From an uncultured Deinococcales bacterium (GTDB taxonomy: Bacteria > Deinococcota > Deinococci > Deinococcales > JAAFIG01), in contig CAXTTL010000040.1 in assembly GCA_964247135.1 (NCBI GenBank), positions 1 through 26,721 on the forward strand: a DNA stretch of 26,721 nt, given 5' to 3'. Under the pieces are notes generated by a model, which was not told the origin of the DNA, made no database searches, and saw only the letters and a list, made by a program, of their open reading frames with translations. Positions within the stretch are counted from its first letter, which is position 1; every line of letters starts with the position of its first letter. Positions 24,368 to 26,721 of this stretch are shown piece by piece. The position numbers and the translations under genes are program-made.

Positions 24368-26721
24368 TCACGTTATCGGCATCAGTTCTACAACTTGAGA
24401 CCCATCCCCCGAAAAACCCTGCATCTGGCTCGAGTTCTGCATCATGTTCACGAAAGCCAACGTGATCTCAGGGTCAAAATGCGTGCCGTTACACTCGAGC
24501 AGGTAATTGATGGTCTTTTCTTGCGTCCAGGCGGTGCGGTAGGGTCTGTCGGACATCAGGGCGTCGTACACGTCGATGATCGCAAAAATTCTGGCGGCGA
24601 GGGGAATCTCTGGTCCCTTTAAGCCGCGCGGATAACCGCTGCCATCGAATTTTTCGTGGTGCGCGTAAGGAATCTCGAGGGCAGGACGCAAAAAAGGAAT
24701 TTTGGAGAGCCATTCGTTTGCCAGGACCGGATGTTGTTTCATCAGCATCCATTCTTCGGCGTCCAGTTTGCCTGGTTTTAAGAGGATACGGTCTGGCACG
24801 CCCAGTTTTCCAATGTCGTGAAGCAGCGCACCGCGTCTGATTTGGAGAATGTCCGAGTGATCTAGATTCATTTCTTTTGCCAGGGCAACGGTCAACGCGG
24901 TGACCCGCTGCGAGTGTCCTTCGGTTTCGTGGTCGCGCAAATCAATGGCGAGCGAAAGGGCTTGAATGGTGTCGTCGTAAGCACTTTGCAGGTCTTGGTT
25001 GGCGGTTTGCAGGTCGGTAAAAAGCCTCGAGTTTTCGATGGCGATGGCGGCTTGAACCGCCAGGGATTGCAAGAAGGTATTCCAGTCCTCGCCAAAGTCT
25101 GTGATGGTGCGCGTGTACAATTCGAGTACGCCTTGCAGTCCAGCCCGCGACCAGAGCGGGATCGACCAGCTCGAGCGGAAGCCTTCGGTGGCAAAGTTTG
25201 GTTGGTTATCGCCGCTCGGTTTGGCAAAATCGCTGGTCTGCACAATGTCTCGAGCCAAGGCAGCCCGCCCGGGTCGTCCTTCGCCCAGGTGGAAAGGCAG
25301 GTTTTGAATTTTTTCATAAAAACCGTTGCTGGCAACGAATTCCAGGTTGTTGTTGGCTGGTTGATGCAAGATCACGGCGGCGGCATCGACGCCAAGTTTG
25401 CTGACGCATTCTTGCAAAAAGAATTTCAAGACCGAGTCGAGGTCCAGACTGCTGGTGATGGCAAGGTCAATGTTGTGAAGTAAAGACAGTTGGCGCAGTT
25501 GTTCCTGTACTTGTTGACGCAGTGCCAGCCGCCGCAGTGTGTTGGCTGCAAGTTCGACGGCACGTTCGAGCATGTTGATCTCGGCATAATTGATAACTCG
25601 AAGGTGCGGTACGGCGACGTTTAACACGCCCAGCACATCGCTGCCTGTTTGAATCGGAATCACCGCTCCAGACCAGTGTTTGGGCACAAAATCTCGAGAT
25701 TCATGGTAGATGTTCGGGCTTTGGTGTAAGTTCTCGATTCGCTCCGAAATTCTGGTGTGCACCACGCTGGCGGTGAGGCTGTCTGTTGGGAGTTTGTTGG
25801 GTTTTGGGAGGTTGACAAACCAACCTTGGGAACTCGAGATTCCAACTTTTTTGCTGACCGAATCAAACATCACGATGCTGCCAGCGTCGGTTTCCAAGCT
25901 GAGCAGCACTTCGCTTAAAAGGTTGTCGATCAGTTGTTGAACGTCGTCGGTTTCGCGCAGTCGCCAGGCGATCTGTTGAATCAGCTCGAGTTCGCGGCGG
26001 TATTCGACCGCTTCGGTCACGTCTTGTTTGATGGCGACGAAATGGCTGATGTGACCTGTTTCGTCCTTGACGGGCGTGATCGTCATTTCTTCGATGTATT
26101 CGCTGTTGTTTTTGCGGCGGTTGGTCAGTTGTCCCTGCCAGACTTCGGCGTTCATGATGGTCGTGCGCAGCGCATCGTAAAACCCTGGGGTTTGACGACC
26201 CGAATCCAGAAACCAGAGTTCCTGGTTCTGACATTCCTGCAAGCTGTAACCTGTTAAATTCGTAAAGGCAGGGTTAGCCCATTGGATCAAGCCATCTTTG
26301 TTGGTGATCACAATAGCGTTGGCGGCAGATTCCAGCACCACGGCTTGAAGCTTGAGTTGTGCTTCGGTTTTGCGGCGTTCGGTGACGTCGTGAATGATCG
26401 AGTACAACAATTCGCGTCCGTCCACCGTGATCGGTCCACTGTAAATTTCGACATCGCGGACCTCGTTGTTTTTCAGGCGTTGCTGACCAACAAAGAATTC
26501 TCGTTTGCCTGACATCGCATCCTCGAGTTCTTGTTGTAAACCTGGGACTGGCATGGAATTGATGTCTGAAACTTTGAGGTTGGTAAATTCTTCGAGGCTG
26601 TAACCGTAAAATTCGCAGGCGGCAGGGTTCGCGTCCACGATCTCCATTGTTTTTGGGTCTATAAAAAGCATCAATGCATGGTTGGAGTAAAACATTGATC
26701 GGTAACGCCATTCGCTCTCAT
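24368..26721 (-). CDS. PAS-PAS-GAF-GAF-HD-GYP cyclic-di-nucleotide phosphodiesterase (5' partial)
   Basis: PAS motifs ANPAACEFYGYS...HDVTER and ANPAFTNLTGYS...QDVTE, two GAF-like segments, HD-GYP motifs ETEGHSQRV, LLHDIGK, HHEKFDGSGYP. The frame stays open to the window edge (ESEWRYRSMF), so the true start lies outside. Confidence 0.93.
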   Translation of the reverse strand, partial: ESEWRYRSMFYSNHALMLFIDPKTMEIVDANPAACEFYGYSLEEFTNLKVSDINSMPVPGLQQELEDAMSGKREFFVGQQRLKNNEVRDVEIYSGPITVDGRELLYSIIHDVTERRKTEAQLKLQAVVLESAANAIVITNKDGLIQWANPAFTNLTGYSLQECQNQELWFLDSGRQTPGFYDALRTTIMNAEVWQGQLTNRRKNNSEYIEEMTITPVKDETGHISHFVAIKQDVTEAVEYRRELELIQQIAWRLRETDDVQQLIDNLLSEVLLSLETDAGSIVMFDSVSKKVGISSSQGWFVNLPKPNKLPTDSLTASVVHTRISERIENLHQSPNIYHESRDFVPKHWSGAVIPIQTGSDVLGVLNVAVPHLRVINYAEINMLERAVELAANTLRRLALRQQVQEQLRQLSLLHNIDLAITSSLDLDSVLKFFLQECVSKLGVDAAAVILHQPANNNLEFVASNGFYEKIQNLPFHLGEGRPGRAALARDIVQTSDFAKPSGDNQPNFATEGFRSSWSIPLWSRAGLQGVLELYTRTITDFGEDWNTFLQSLAVQAAIAIENSRLFTDLQTANQDLQSAYDDTIQALSLAIDLRDHETEGHSQRVTALTVALAKEMNLDHSDILQIRRGALLHDIGKLGVPDRILLKPGKLDAEEWMLMKQHPVLANEWLSKIPFLRPALEIPYAHHEKFDGSGYPRGLKGPEIPLAARIFAIIDVYDALMSDRPYRTAWTQEKTINYLLECNGTHFDPEITLAFVNMMQNSSQMQGFSGDGSQVVELMPIT

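Overview
Bacterial chromosomal segment of moderate GC, most likely from a Deinococcota (Deinococcales-like) genome. This is inferred from the xxHH-type IleRS2, the AKP-rich SigA, many leaderless TAnnnT-N6-start genes and a Deinococcus SRE-like repeat. Housekeeping genes: T-box-controlled ileS, two M24 peptidases, a YbjN protein, a PP2C phosphatase, glgA, rpoD/sigA, a NUDIX hydrolase, an RNHCP protein and mutS. Accessory genes: a miniature DUF4157-like ORF, an orphan secreted protein, a large STAND ATPase-TPR-wHTH/BTAD regulator, a VOC protein, a COG4705 membrane protein, a lipoprotein with two SodC-like domains, a low-GC WD40 gene and a 5'-truncated PAS-PAS-GAF-GAF-HD-GYP protein. The strongest non-gene signals are (1) extreme over-representation of the palindrome CTCGAG (about 8-9 per kb where counted, nearly absent in a few apparently foreign genes), (2) a symmetric bidirectional -10 element between two divergent, apparently leaderless genes whose start codons are 18 bp apart (mutS and a hypothetical gene), (3) GTAG-type REP hairpins on both sides of ileS, and (4) a 170 bp SRE/MITE-like nested-palindrome element. 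I saw no CRISPR array, rRNA, tRNA or transposase. All calls come from reading the sequence; no searches were run.
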